The translations under genes and the position numbers were made by a program. DNA of 64,000 nucleotides from Desulfobacula sp. GTDB lineage: Bacteria > Desulfobacterota > Desulfobacteria > Desulfobacterales > Desulfobacteraceae. Within the stretch, counting starts at the first letter, position 1. The number at the start of each line of letters is the position of its first letter. The notes below the pieces were generated by a model. That model saw nothing but the letters and a program-made list of their open reading frames with translations, searched no databases and was not told the origin of the DNA. Positions 53,065 through 63,071 of the stretch are shown here, in pieces. The stretch spans positions 76 to 64,075 of the forward strand of contig NZ_JAUWQB010000007.1 of the NCBI RefSeq assembly GCF_030611305.1, in the 5' to 3' direction.

Positions 53065-53874
53065 ATGCAAATACTAAGGTTTGAAAGTGATGACAATAAA
53101 ATCTATACAGGTTGTGACTTTGATAATGAGAGTGCCTCTGTTCTTGAGGGGGATATTTATACTGATTTTTCCAGCACAGGGAAAAGAAAACCGGTTAAAA
53201 AAATTTTAACGCCCGTCTTACCCAGTGTTATATTTTGTATTGGGTTAAATTATACACTTCATGCCAAAGAGACCGGCCTATCATTGCCAAAGTATCCGGT
53301 GGTGTTTATGAAAAATCTGAGTGCAGCAGCAGGTCCCCTGGATGAGATCAGGATTCCGGTCTCCTGTGCAAAGATTCCGGAAGTGGATTATGAGGCTGAA
53401 CTTGCCGTGGTCATAAAAAAGAATGCCAAGAATGTCTCACCGGAAAATGCCCTTGACTATATCCTGGGATATACCTGTGCCAATGATATTTCTGCCAGAA
53501 GGTGGCAGATGCATGCAGGCGGCGGGCAATGGATAAAGGGAAAAAGTTTTGACACCTTCTGTCCCTTTGGCCCCTGGATTGTGACACCGGATGAACTTGA
53601 AGATTCGGGTAGCCTTGATATTGAATGTGTGTTAAACGGCAATACCATGCAGAAAAGCAATACAAGCGACATGATTTTTTCGGTGGCCCAGATCATTTCA
53701 TATTTATCCGAGTCAGCCACCCTGGTACCGGGTACCATTATATTAACGGGAACACCAAGCGGGGTAGGGTTTATCAGAAAGCCGCCTGTTTATCTTGGCC
53801 CGGGTGATGTGCTGGAAACAAAAATTGATAAAATCGGTGTGTTGAAAAATTATGTAACGCTTGAGAAAGAATAA
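53065..53874 (+). CDS. fumarylacetoacetate hydrolase (FAH) family protein
   Basis: VDYEAELAVVI, GYTCANDISAR, KGKSFDTFCPFGPWIVT, PGTIILTGTPSGVG. Confidence 0.9.
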   Translation: MQILRFESDDNKIYTGCDFDNESASVLEGDIYTDFSSTGKRKPVKKILTPVLPSVIFCIGLNYTLHAKETGLSLPKYPVVFMKNLSAAAGPLDEIRIPVSCAKIPEVDYEAELAVVIKKNAKNVSPENALDYILGYTCANDISARRWQMHAGGGQWIKGKSFDTFCPFGPWIVTPDELEDSGSLDIECVLNGNTMQKSNTSDMIFSVAQIISYLSESATLVPGTIILTGTPSGVGFIRKPPVYLGPGDVLETKIDKIGVLKNYVTLEKE

Positions 53875-53876
53875 AC

Positions 53877-53916
53877 AAAACCCCCGGGATGATGATTCCA
53901 TCATCCCGGGGGTTTA
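53877..53916. terminator. bidirectional Rho-independent terminator
   Basis: AAAA-CCCCCGGGATGATG-attc-CATCATCCCGGGGG-TTTA, between convergent genes. Confidence 0.85.
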
Positions 53917-53937
53917 TAAAGTGAATCAGATTAGATC

Positions 53938-54435
53938 TTAATTGTTGTTATAATAGCAGCCGTTTCCCTGTCCCTGAAAACCTCTTTGCCCGCCCCTTTT
54001 TGACCATTTGCCAGGGCCTTGCCTAAATCCTTTACCCATACCAAGTTCAGGAGAGATTTTTTTTGCGTCCAACTGAAAATCGATCCGTTTGTCTCTTATC
54101 TGTTTTTGCAGATCTGTGATTTCCCGGGATAATTTTTCAAGTTTAGCCCTGTCCGGGTCGGATGTTTCCATGAGCATTCTCATTTCCTGCCGTTTTACAA
54201 ATTTTCCAGATCTGACCTCATAGGTTTCATCAACAAATGTCTGGCGAAGGGTAGTCAGTGCATTTCTCTGATCCTTGGACAAATCATTGAAGGCGCTTTG
54301 CCCACCATATCGCGGGCAGTCTTGATTGTATCCTGAGCCCATTCCCCGGCCTTTGCCCTGGCCCCAGGCAAATACATTTCCTGATACAAATGCAACAATA
54401 AGTATTGAACTGATGATAATGATTGTTTTTTTCAT
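53938..54435 (-). CDS. periplasmic Spy/CpxP/ZraP-family protein
   Basis: Signal peptide MKKTIIIISSILIVAFVSGNVFA; LSKDQRNALTTLRQ (LTxxQ-like); Gly-rich ends. ATG 54435 follows GGAGA (the ORF track starts at TTG 54447). Confidence 0.7.
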   Translation of the reverse strand: MKKTIIIISSILIVAFVSGNVFAWGQGKGRGMGSGYNQDCPRYGGQSAFNDLSKDQRNALTTLRQTFVDETYEVRSGKFVKRQEMRMLMETSDPDRAKLEKLSREITDLQKQIRDKRIDFQLDAKKISPELGMGKGFRQGPGKWSKRGGQRGFQGQGNGCYYNNN

Positions 54436-54500
54436 AATAATCTCCAATTAAAATTTAGTTTGTTTATTGAACTTTGTTTCGTTCTGTTGAAGCATAATAT

Positions 54501-54516
54501 AGCAAGGGGTGTGCCA
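54501..54516 (-). promoter_or_regulatory. sigma-54 -24/-12 promoter (minus strand)
   Basis: The plus strand reads AGCAA-ggggt-GTGCCA, so the minus strand reads TGGCAC-acccc-TTGCT. It lies 66 nt upstream of the ZraP-like ATG. Confidence 0.75.
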
Positions 54517-54707
54517 AGAGGAAAAATATTTTTCAACTCATTGAATTTACAATACATATTTAAAATTATACAATAATAAGGCATTGTCATTAAATCTGTG
54601 GTATTGTATACTTTTTACTCAGGGCAATGTATCCAGGTGTATATAAAATACCCAGAACCATGATACCTGGAAATCAATGGTCCCTTAAAACAAAGGCGTT
54701 CCCCCCA

Positions 54708-54723
54708 TGGTATTGTTTTTGCT
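54708..54723 (+). promoter_or_regulatory. sigma-54 -24/-12 promoter
   Basis: TGGTAT-tgttt-TTGCT, 74 nt upstream of the kinase ATG 54797. Confidence 0.6.
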
Positions 54724-54796
54724 TCTAATATTTGGGTATAATTAAATATATTAAGAAATAACTAAAGTATGACGGGTATAAAAAAGAGAAAAGAAA

Positions 54797-56575
54797 ATGA
54801 AAAAGCATAATTTTCCATTGATATCCCCTTTATTCCTCATTGGTGTTTTATTGATCCTTTTGCCGATCTTTACGGTTATGACCCTGGACAGGCTTGAAAA
54901 ACAAAAGGAATTCTTCACTCAACGACTATTGGAAAAAGGCGGTTCACTGATCCGGACATTTGAGGCGGGGACAAGAACGGGAATGTTTACCATGCGATGG
55001 GGTGCAAAAAGAATTCAGGCCATGCTTCTGGAGACTTCGTTGCAGCCTGAAGTTATCTATATGATGATTACATCAAAGGACGGCCGGATACTGGCACACT
55101 CGGATGCCGCCATGGTGGGACTAACTTTTGATGCCATGCCCGGGACTGCAAAGATGAATGAAGATACTGCTTTGGTCTATCACAGGGTAAGACTGCAAAA
55201 AGATCAGATGCAGGTTTTTGAAGTGTTCAAGCGGTTTGTACCGATCAGGTCCAGACCCATACGCGGGCACAGGCGGATGGATAGGATGTCAATGTTACGG
55301 GTTGAGGACTTGTCAGATCGGCAGAATACTGAAAGGGGATTTTTGGACTGGAGCCGGCCTTATCTTCAAAGCCAGGAAGGTAAAATGTCTGAAATGGTGG
55401 AACATTATATTTTTGCCGGGCTTTCCATGGAGAGGGAGAAGATTGCCCGGGACAGGCTGTTAAAAGAGACTATCTGGCGGGGCATTCTTTTTTTTATATT
55501 GGGATGTGTTGGTATGGTTGCCTTGTTTGTCTTCCAGGCATACCGATCTGCAAAAGCATCTTTGACCCACGTAAAGGCATTTTCCGATAATGTGATCCAG
55601 AACATGCCGTCAGGACTGGTTACCATCAATTCTGATCATGAAATCACATCCATGAATAAAGCAGCAAAAGATATCCTGGGAGGGGATCTGACGCAACCCT
55701 TCCCGCAAATGATCGAATTGATACAGGAAATGGAAATATCTCAAGGGGTTCTAAACCGGGAGATCAATTTCGCAATTAAACCCGACCATGAGGTTCGGCT
55801 GGATATCATTGCGTCCCCTATCAAGGAGAGTGAAAATGAAGTCATGGGATTTTTATTTCTGTTCAGGGATCTGACCCAGATTAAAGAGCTTAAAAAACAG
55901 GTGGAGACAAACAAGCGGCTTGCAGCAATCGGAAAGCTTGCAGCAGGCGTTGCCCATGAGATCAGAAACCCCTTGAGTTCCATTAAAGGATTTGCAACCT
56001 ATTTTGGCAAACGGTATGAAGATAATGCCTCTGATAAGGAAACCGCCCAAATTATGGTCAAGGAGGTGGAGCGTATCAACCGATCCGTTACCCAGTTACT
56101 TGAGTTTTCAAAACCCATGGCTATTGAAAAAAAACAAGTGAATATCAATGAGTTGATTACCCATGCCTTAAGGCTTGTTCACCATGATCTGGATCAGAAG
56201 ACAATTGAAACAAAGGTCAATATTGATACAGAAAAAGCCGTAATTCACACGGACCCGGACCGGATGAACCAGGTTTTTTTAAATTTATATATTAATGCCA
56301 TAGATGCACTGGGAGACAGAGGAAAATTAGAAATTCAGGTGCAGGATGCTGTGGAGGATGGACGAATTGAAATAAGAATCATGGATAATGGCATTGGGAT
56401 TGACAAGGCATCCCTTGATCTGATCTTTGATCCCTATTTTACCACCCGGCCCAGCGGTACTGGGCTTGGGCTTTCAATCGTTCACCGGATCATTGAAAAC
56501 CTTAATGGCAGCATCCGTGTGGAAAGTACAAAAGGCCGCGGCACTTGTTTTATTATTAATTTGCCTGTTTCATAA
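54797..56575 (+). CDS. sensor histidine kinase (ZraS-like: TM-periplasmic-TM-PAS-HisKA-HATPase)
   Basis: H-box LAAGVAHEIRNPLSSIKGF; DNGIGID; GTGLGLSI. Confidence 0.85.
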   Translation: MKKHNFPLISPLFLIGVLLILLPIFTVMTLDRLEKQKEFFTQRLLEKGGSLIRTFEAGTRTGMFTMRWGAKRIQAMLLETSLQPEVIYMMITSKDGRILAHSDAAMVGLTFDAMPGTAKMNEDTALVYHRVRLQKDQMQVFEVFKRFVPIRSRPIRGHRRMDRMSMLRVEDLSDRQNTERGFLDWSRPYLQSQEGKMSEMVEHYIFAGLSMEREKIARDRLLKETIWRGILFFILGCVGMVALFVFQAYRSAKASLTHVKAFSDNVIQNMPSGLVTINSDHEITSMNKAAKDILGGDLTQPFPQMIELIQEMEISQGVLNREINFAIKPDHEVRLDIIASPIKESENEVMGFLFLFRDLTQIKELKKQVETNKRLAAIGKLAAGVAHEIRNPLSSIKGFATYFGKRYEDNASDKETAQIMVKEVERINRSVTQLLEFSKPMAIEKKQVNINELITHALRLVHHDLDQKTIETKVNIDTEKAVIHTDPDRMNQVFLNLYINAIDALGDRGKLEIQVQDAVEDGRIEIRIMDNGIGIDKASLDLIFDPYFTTRPSGTGLGLSIVHRIIENLNGSIRVESTKGRGTCFIINLPVS

Positions 56576-56592
56576 AAGGATAAAAAAGACAA

Positions 56593-57939
56593 ATGAAAAA
56601 GATACTTGTGGTTGACGATGATGCAGCCCATGCCAGGATGCTCAAAACCTTGATGGCTGACTGGGGGGTTGATGTCCATCTGGCAGATGATGGGACAACC
56701 GCCGTTGCAATGGTAAAAGAACAGTCCTTTGATATTGTTCTGATGGATATGAAAATGGTGAAAATGTCCGGGATGGAAGCGTTGCAGCTCATTAAAACTT
56801 ATAATCCTTCCCTGCCTGTGATTATCATGACCGCCTATTCATCAGTTCACACAGCCGTAAAGGCCTTGAAAATCGGTGCCTATGATTATCTGACCAAGCC
56901 ATTGGATTTTGATAAGCTGAAACTGACTATTGAGCGTATATTCGAAAGCATTTTTTTAAAAACGGAAAACAGGCATTTGAAGACCCGGTTAAAGGAGCAG
57001 TCTTTTGCCCATGACATCATCGGGAAAAGCCCTGCCATACTCTCTTTGCTGGACACCATCCACATGGTGGCGCCTACGGATGCCAATGTCCTGGTAATGG
57101 GAGAATCGGGAACCGGTAAAGAACTGGTGTCATCTGCTATTCATTTTAATTCTTCACGGAAAGATCAGCAGTTTGTAAGGATCAATTGTGCTGCTATTAC
57201 AGAGACTCTGCTTGAGTCCGAACTTTTCGGCCATGAAAAAGGATCGTTCACCGGTGCAGACAAGAAAAGAAAAGGAAAATTTTTACTGGCAGACAAGGGC
57301 AGTATTCTATTGGATGAAATCGGTGAAATGAGCCTTGCCATGCAGGTAAAGCTGTTGAGGGTGATTCAGGAAAAAGAAATCACACCAGTGGGAAGTGATC
57401 AAAACATTAAAACAGATGTGAGGATTATTGCCGCAACCAATAAGGATTTAAGAAAACTGTCTGAACAGGGAAGCTTTCGCCAGGATTTATACTACCGGCT
57501 GAATGTTGTGAGTGTTGAAGTTCCGCCCTTGAGGGAAAGGAAAGAAGATATCCCAACTCTTGCATTGCATTTTTTAAAAAATTTTTCAAAGAAAAATAAG
57601 CGGGATATCAAAGGCTTTTCACCCGATGCCATGGATGCCATGATTCGATATGGATGGGAAGGCAATGTCAGGGAATTGATGAATTGTGTGGAAAGAGGAG
57701 TCGTCCTTGCCAGATCCGATTATATCTGCCTGGAAGACCTTTCTTTTATAAAGGCAAAAATAGTTGACAAGCTTGATGCCGGGACGGATTTTGGAAATAT
57801 CAGGCTTTCACAGATAGAAGAGAAAGCCATTCTTTCCACCCTTGAATCAGCTGGCGGCAACAAGAGTGAAGCTTCCAGAAGGCTTGGTATCACCAGGAAA
57901 ACCTTATTGAAGAAATTAAAACAATATGGGAAAAGCTGA
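56593..57939 (+). CDS. NtrC/ZraR-family sigma-54-dependent response regulator
   Basis: ILVVDDDAAHA..DIVLMDMKM (REC); GESGTGKE; ESELFGHEKGSFTGA; HTH GGNKSEASRRLGITRKTLLKKL. Confidence 0.9.
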   Translation: MKKILVVDDDAAHARMLKTLMADWGVDVHLADDGTTAVAMVKEQSFDIVLMDMKMVKMSGMEALQLIKTYNPSLPVIIMTAYSSVHTAVKALKIGAYDYLTKPLDFDKLKLTIERIFESIFLKTENRHLKTRLKEQSFAHDIIGKSPAILSLLDTIHMVAPTDANVLVMGESGTGKELVSSAIHFNSSRKDQQFVRINCAAITETLLESELFGHEKGSFTGADKKRKGKFLLADKGSILLDEIGEMSLAMQVKLLRVIQEKEITPVGSDQNIKTDVRIIAATNKDLRKLSEQGSFRQDLYYRLNVVSVEVPPLRERKEDIPTLALHFLKNFSKKNKRDIKGFSPDAMDAMIRYGWEGNVRELMNCVERGVVLARSDYICLEDLSFIKAKIVDKLDAGTDFGNIRLSQIEEKAILSTLESAGGNKSEASRRLGITRKTLLKKLKQYGKS

Positions 57940-57950
57940 ACCAAAGTACA

Positions 57951-59093
57951 TTAAAACCGTTCGATCAACTTGTCGATGAGAAAGGTGCTTTCACGCATGG
58001 CCTGTTCACTGAATGGACCAAACCATCTGGCGATATGGTCGAATTTTTCAATAAAAAGATGTTTGTCATTGGTTTCCAGCATTTCAAGATGGTTATTCAA
58101 GGATGCAATATAGTCTTTTAAAAGACGTCGCCGTTTTTTTGTTGCAAAAATGATTTCAGAATAAAGAGAAGCGTCCTGGGCAAACAGCCTTCCCACCATT
58201 CCCAGCTCAAGGCGGTAAATCGGGCTTGAAAATTCAAGGGTACTTTCAATGCGGGCATGTTTTTCATATAAAAACTGTCCGAAACTAAAAGTGGCAAAAT
58301 GGCGCAATGCCTGCACAATTCCCATTATTTCGTCATGTTTTTTGGCCTTCGACCGGACAATAACGGCACCCCAGAGGGTAAGCTGTTCCACCAGCCACTG
58401 GCAGTGATCTGAATCTCTTCCCGGGGTGACGATAATGATCTGTTTGTCAAGGGAGCCTGTGGTAGGACCAAACAAAGGATGAAGCCCTGTTACAGGGCCT
58501 GGATGGGATTCAAGCATTTTTTCCAATGGTCCCGCTTTGATACTGGTCAGATCGGCAAGAATGGTTTCAGGTTCAAGAAATGATGCAATCTGTTCAATAA
58601 CATCTTCTGTTTTTTCAATGGGAACACAGATAAGGCAAAGGTCAATATCTTTGCAAAGTTTTTTTGCTTTGTCCCAGTCCTCTTCTGTAAGGATTCTAAC
58701 CTCATAACCGGATTTGTGAAAGAGTGAAGCAAAAAATCGTCCCATCTGACCGGCGCCGCCGATGATTAGTATCCCGGCATCCGGCCTGACTCCCTTATGC
58801 TCCATTTGGCCGGTCTGCTTGATGCGTGATTGCCTTAAAATCACCCGGTAAAGGTCTTCCATAAAATCCGGGTCAAGATTTGCTTTTCCGGCCTGTAGTC
58901 GAAGTTTTGAGATCAGATCTTCCTCCCTTGCAGGATGATACACCGGAATATAGTGCTTTTTCTTTAACTTGACTACTTTTTCAACCTGGACCTGGCGTTG
59001 AGCAAGAAGGGAAAGTATTTGCGAATCAATGTAATCAATATTGGTCCGTAAAGAAATGATTTCTTTATTAAATGTATGATTATCTTTTTTCAT
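57951..59093 (-). CDS. tyrA: bifunctional chorismate mutase / prephenate dehydrogenase
   Basis: The CM helix LRTNIDYIDSQILSLLAQRQ..VYHPAREEDL is followed by ILIIGGAGQMGRFF (Rossmann fold). Start at ATG 59093; the ORF extends to 59165. Confidence 0.85.
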   Translation of the reverse strand: MKKDNHTFNKEIISLRTNIDYIDSQILSLLAQRQVQVEKVVKLKKKHYIPVYHPAREEDLISKLRLQAGKANLDPDFMEDLYRVILRQSRIKQTGQMEHKGVRPDAGILIIGGAGQMGRFFASLFHKSGYEVRILTEEDWDKAKKLCKDIDLCLICVPIEKTEDVIEQIASFLEPETILADLTSIKAGPLEKMLESHPGPVTGLHPLFGPTTGSLDKQIIIVTPGRDSDHCQWLVEQLTLWGAVIVRSKAKKHDEIMGIVQALRHFATFSFGQFLYEKHARIESTLEFSSPIYRLELGMVGRLFAQDASLYSEIIFATKKRRRLLKDYIASLNNHLEMLETNDKHLFIEKFDHIARWFGPFSEQAMRESTFLIDKLIERF

Positions 59094-59482
59094 TTTTTCT
59101 CTTTTTAAATCGTTAAACTCAAGGCAGCATGGATTATCGCTAAAGCCTAACAAGTTCAAGGACAATTGGCAATTTTAAAATTAAGACATCTGCAATAAAT
59201 TATAAATCAAGATAAATGAAACAAAAAAATCTGGGCAATGACTTGTTAAATCACTCTGAATGGGTTATAGAAAATCCATATTTTACCATGGGAGAACGGC
59301 CATAAACCAACAATGGAAACCAATATGAAAATGCTGGATGAAATTATCAAGAGAGTTCGCAATCTTACCCATGATCAGCAAAAAGAGATTCCGGAGAATG
59401 ATCTTTCCTAAACAGGTATTTTACTCTCTCCTTATAAACAAGTCTTCTTTTGTTATTCAAGCACACTAAGGATATTTAAACA

Positions 59483-60361
59483 GTGCAGGAAAAGTTTCAA
59501 TTTGATTTAAAGGTATTGCTTGGATGCATCTGTATTTTTGGATCCGCCTTCTTTTTTTATTTGGCCACGGTCATTATTAAATGGGCACGGATCAAAGGGT
59601 TGCAGGTCGATACAGCTTCTTTTGTATTTGCAAGGTTTTTGTTGGGATTTATCAGTGTGTTGATCCTGATGGCCCTCAAAAAGAAGAAGATCAGAGTTAA
59701 AAAAAAACGATATCTGATTGGCAGGACGGTTGCCAATTGTGTCGCAGTATACTGTTTTTTTAAAGGGGTTGATTTAACATCCGTGGCCCAGGCCAATATT
59801 TTAAATATGACCTATCCCTTGTTTATCGCAATTTTTTCATGGATCTTTTTAAAGGAACAGCGGGATGCCGTTGCAATCCTTATCGTTTTTTTTGCATTTG
59901 CAGGGATCTGGCTGATTTTGACGCCTGGGAAAATGAGTTTTCATCTGGATTCATTATGGGGGCTGGCATCAGGGATCAGCGCGGCCATTGCCATTATGTA
60001 CCTTAACCTTTCAAGGCAGGTGCATGATACGGAAACCATCTTGTTTTTTCTGTTTGGCCTTGGGTCTGTGATAATTTTTATCTTCTTTTTTAATAAGATG
60101 CATCTGCCCCAATACTCAGAATTGAAATATCTTTTTTTCTGTTCACTTTCTGCCATTGTGGGCCAATACCTGATTACCCTTGGTTTTAAATATGTGACCG
60201 CCATTGAAGGGGGTATTATCTCTTCAACCCGGATTCTGCTGGCAGCCGTGTTAGGTCCTGTTATTGCAATGGACCCAGCTCTTTCCGCCTCTGGATGGAC
60301 AGGGGCACTCCTTATTTTTGTCGGCAATGTGTATTTAACCCTGAGAAAAGCCAGACGATAA
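59483..60361 (+). CDS. EamA/DMT-family transporter
   Basis: About 10 TM segments in two EamA-like halves; GTG start. Confidence 0.7.
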   Translation: MQEKFQFDLKVLLGCICIFGSAFFFYLATVIIKWARIKGLQVDTASFVFARFLLGFISVLILMALKKKKIRVKKKRYLIGRTVANCVAVYCFFKGVDLTSVAQANILNMTYPLFIAIFSWIFLKEQRDAVAILIVFFAFAGIWLILTPGKMSFHLDSLWGLASGISAAIAIMYLNLSRQVHDTETILFFLFGLGSVIIFIFFFNKMHLPQYSELKYLFFCSLSAIVGQYLITLGFKYVTAIEGGIISSTRILLAAVLGPVIAMDPALSASGWTGALLIFVGNVYLTLRKARR

Positions 60362-60390
60362 AACCGTAAACAGTTGAGACCAGGATTTTG

Positions 60391-61599
60391 TTAAGAGGAA
60401 ATGCCGGGTTTAAGCCGGGAAAGACACAGGCTTAACACAAGGCCCAAAAGTGCAACGCTTCCCAGAAACCATGACCCGCATGACCATGACCCTGTCTGGG
60501 AAACAAGATAGGCTAGTATTGGTGGACCCATTACCTGGCCTGCCTGTCCGCCCTGAATCACAAGCCCGTTAGTGGTTGCAATCAGGTTTTTTGAGGGTGC
60601 ATAATCAGGGACTGCCCCAAGGATAGAGGCAGGGATTAAACCGCCAAAAATAGAAAAAATAAGACAACCTGTATAGTTTAATATAAAGCTAGCATCGGCA
60701 GAATATATGGCAATGGAACTCAATCCCATTACCGTGCAGGCAAATGCGATTAATTTCCATCGGTTGATGCCTCTTTTCAACAGCCTGCCACCTGCAAGGT
60801 TGCCAAAAATATTAATAAAGACCATGGCGGCCGTCAAAATCGAGGCCATGGATTTGGAAAATCCATATTTCTCAAGGATCAGTGTGGGTAAAAACCCCAT
60901 GACTGTCAGCCATTGCAGGGCATAGGTGACAAAAATCAATGCAAGAATCAATGGCCCGGCACTGGTGGATGTCCTTATAACATCCTGTATCAGTTTTTTA
61001 AAGGTCACCAAAGTTGACCGGTTCATGAATTTGATATGGGACGTCTTTTTTGAAAGTAACAGGGTATAGGCCATCAATATGACGGCATTGATTTGCCAAA
61101 GGCCTTTCCAGTCCGTGCCGGTTAAAATAAATGGAACCAGGATCATCATCAATGAGGCCCCGGCCGGCAGATAACAGGTCCAGATGGAAAGGGCTATAGT
61201 CATATCTTTAGGCTTTACCACCTGGAAAATCAGTGTCGGGGCGCTGACAACAACCGCCAGGAAGCCAGCCCCTTCAAGAAACCTGGTTGCAAGCAATCCA
61301 TAAAAGGAATCGGCAAACGATCCTAGAAGACAGCCTATAATTTGAAAGACAAGACCGGTAAGCATCAGGCGGCGGTGGCCAATGGCATCGGCAATGGCCC
61401 CTGTGAAGGCCCCAAGTAAAAGGCCGGTAAGATTAAAAATGGATAAAATCCATCCCGCATAAAACAGGCTGATCACAAGATCAAGCCTGATATCTGACAA
61501 GACAGGCGGCACCTTGCCAACCTGGAAGGCAGACAGAATCCCGGCTCCGAACAGGATTAAAATAAGCCCCCAGGGGCTTTGGTCTTCATTTGTTTTCAA
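60391..61599 (-). CDS. MFS transporter
   Basis: About 12 TM segments; GAIADAIGHRR loop between TM2 and TM3. Confidence 0.8.
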   Translation of the reverse strand: MKTNEDQSPWGLILILFGAGILSAFQVGKVPPVLSDIRLDLVISLFYAGWILSIFNLTGLLLGAFTGAIADAIGHRRLMLTGLVFQIIGCLLGSFADSFYGLLATRFLEGAGFLAVVVSAPTLIFQVVKPKDMTIALSIWTCYLPAGASLMMILVPFILTGTDWKGLWQINAVILMAYTLLLSKKTSHIKFMNRSTLVTFKKLIQDVIRTSTSAGPLILALIFVTYALQWLTVMGFLPTLILEKYGFSKSMASILTAAMVFINIFGNLAGGRLLKRGINRWKLIAFACTVMGLSSIAIYSADASFILNYTGCLIFSIFGGLIPASILGAVPDYAPSKNLIATTNGLVIQGGQAGQVMGPPILAYLVSQTGSWSCGSWFLGSVALLGLVLSLCLSRLKPGISS

Positions 61600-61623
61600 A
61601 TCATCTCTTTTGTTACAGATTTT

Positions 61624-63069
61624 TCACATCCTTTTGTTTGTGAATGCAAATTTTAAAAATCCGGCAATGTCTTTAATAAATCTTATCCAGCTGTCCGGCG
61701 ATCGCCAGATCATTGATATATAGCCCATCAGAACTTTTGTCCGTTTGAAATGGGATTTATAAAAATCAATAAAAAGAACTTCCATTCTTTCTTTTGTGAG
61801 GCCTTTGGGGATAAAGAGGAACTGCATGCAGTCCATTTTTTCCCAATCTTCAGTAAATGTCCCAATCTTTTCGCCTTGTTCTTTGATTTTGCTATATATG
61901 GGGGAACCCGGAAAGGGAGTGAATTTGGCCAGGTTGAAATCATCAATTGGAAGAGAAAAAACATAAGCCTTGCTTTTTTTTATGCTTTCTTCTGATTCGC
62001 CTGGAAGGCCCATCATTAAGAGGCCTTTGACACGAATCCCCGCCTTTTTGATCAAATGGATTTTGTCTCTCATCATTTCAAGATCAGGATTCTGTCTGTG
62101 CTGCGCCAAAAGAGTTTCATCACCTGTCTCAATCCCCAGACTGATCATCCAGCAACCTGCAGCTTTCATGAGTTTGAGCAGTTCGAAATCAAGGTGTTCA
62201 GCTCTTGCTGCACAGTTAAAAGTGATTTTCAGCGGATTTTGAATCATCAGCCTGGCAAACTCTTCCACCCGGGGGCGATTAAAAGTAAACTGATCGTCAT
62301 AAAAATTGATATGCCTGATATTGAAATTATCTTTCAAATATTTCAAGTGATTGTACAGGTATCGAGCTGAATTATATCTGAAGCTTTTTTGGAAAACCGA
62401 TCTGTCACAATAACTGCAGGAATAAGGGCACCCTCTGCTGGATATACAACTTGCATTGGGGACTTTAGGATAATTAAATATGGGAAGTTTATAACTTGAG
62501 GGGTAACCTGATAATTTTTTATAAGCAGGAAAGGGTAGTGTATCCAAATCAATCAGTTTGTTACGAAAACCTGTGAATATGATCTTGTCATTTTTTTTTC
62601 TGAAAACTATATTCTTTATTTTTTCAAGGTCTGTTTTATTTGTCCTTAATAATTGGTACAGGGTGTGTTCTCCTTCTCCAACCACAACATAATCAATAAT
62701 CGGGTATAATTGCAGAATTTTTTCTTTTAAAGAAGAAACATGAACGCCTCCAAAAATAATATGAGTTTCAGGGATAATTTTTTTTGCATATTCGGCAATC
62801 CTTATCCCGTCAAGAAAACTGGATGTTGTGCATGAAAAACCGATAAAAACAGGGGCCTCGTTTTCCAGATATTTTACGATCAACTCATCTGATTCAGGGT
62901 CAGCATAACAGTCAATTATGTGGGAGTTGATTTGAAACTGGTCAAGGTATGCTGAAATGCTGGCAAGCCCGAGAGGAGGCATAATGTTGGCTTTTCTGGA
63001 GATATCTGTTTTCGCATTCGCAGAATTGTAACCAAGGGGATGGATCAACAGGATTTTTTTTTGAATCAT
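61624..63069 (-). CDS. B12-binding-domain radical SAM protein
   Basis: N-terminal Rossmann-like B12 domain (KILLIHPLG...IIFGGVH); SSRGCPYSCSYCD. Confidence 0.8.
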   Translation of the reverse strand: MIQKKILLIHPLGYNSANAKTDISRKANIMPPLGLASISAYLDQFQINSHIIDCYADPESDELIVKYLENEAPVFIGFSCTTSSFLDGIRIAEYAKKIIPETHIIFGGVHVSSLKEKILQLYPIIDYVVVGEGEHTLYQLLRTNKTDLEKIKNIVFRKKNDKIIFTGFRNKLIDLDTLPFPAYKKLSGYPSSYKLPIFNYPKVPNASCISSRGCPYSCSYCDRSVFQKSFRYNSARYLYNHLKYLKDNFNIRHINFYDDQFTFNRPRVEEFARLMIQNPLKITFNCAARAEHLDFELLKLMKAAGCWMISLGIETGDETLLAQHRQNPDLEMMRDKIHLIKKAGIRVKGLLMMGLPGESEESIKKSKAYVFSLPIDDFNLAKFTPFPGSPIYSKIKEQGEKIGTFTEDWEKMDCMQFLFIPKGLTKERMEVLFIDFYKSHFKRTKVLMGYISMIWRSPDSWIRFIKDIAGFLKFAFTNKRM

Positions 63070-63071
63070 AT

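Noticed and set aside
59313-59411. 32-codon ORF (METNMKMLDEIIKRVRNLTHDQQKEIPENDLS) in the tyrA/eamA intergenic region
   Set aside because: It has no RBS, no recognisable motif and is very short. It cannot be supported from sequence alone.
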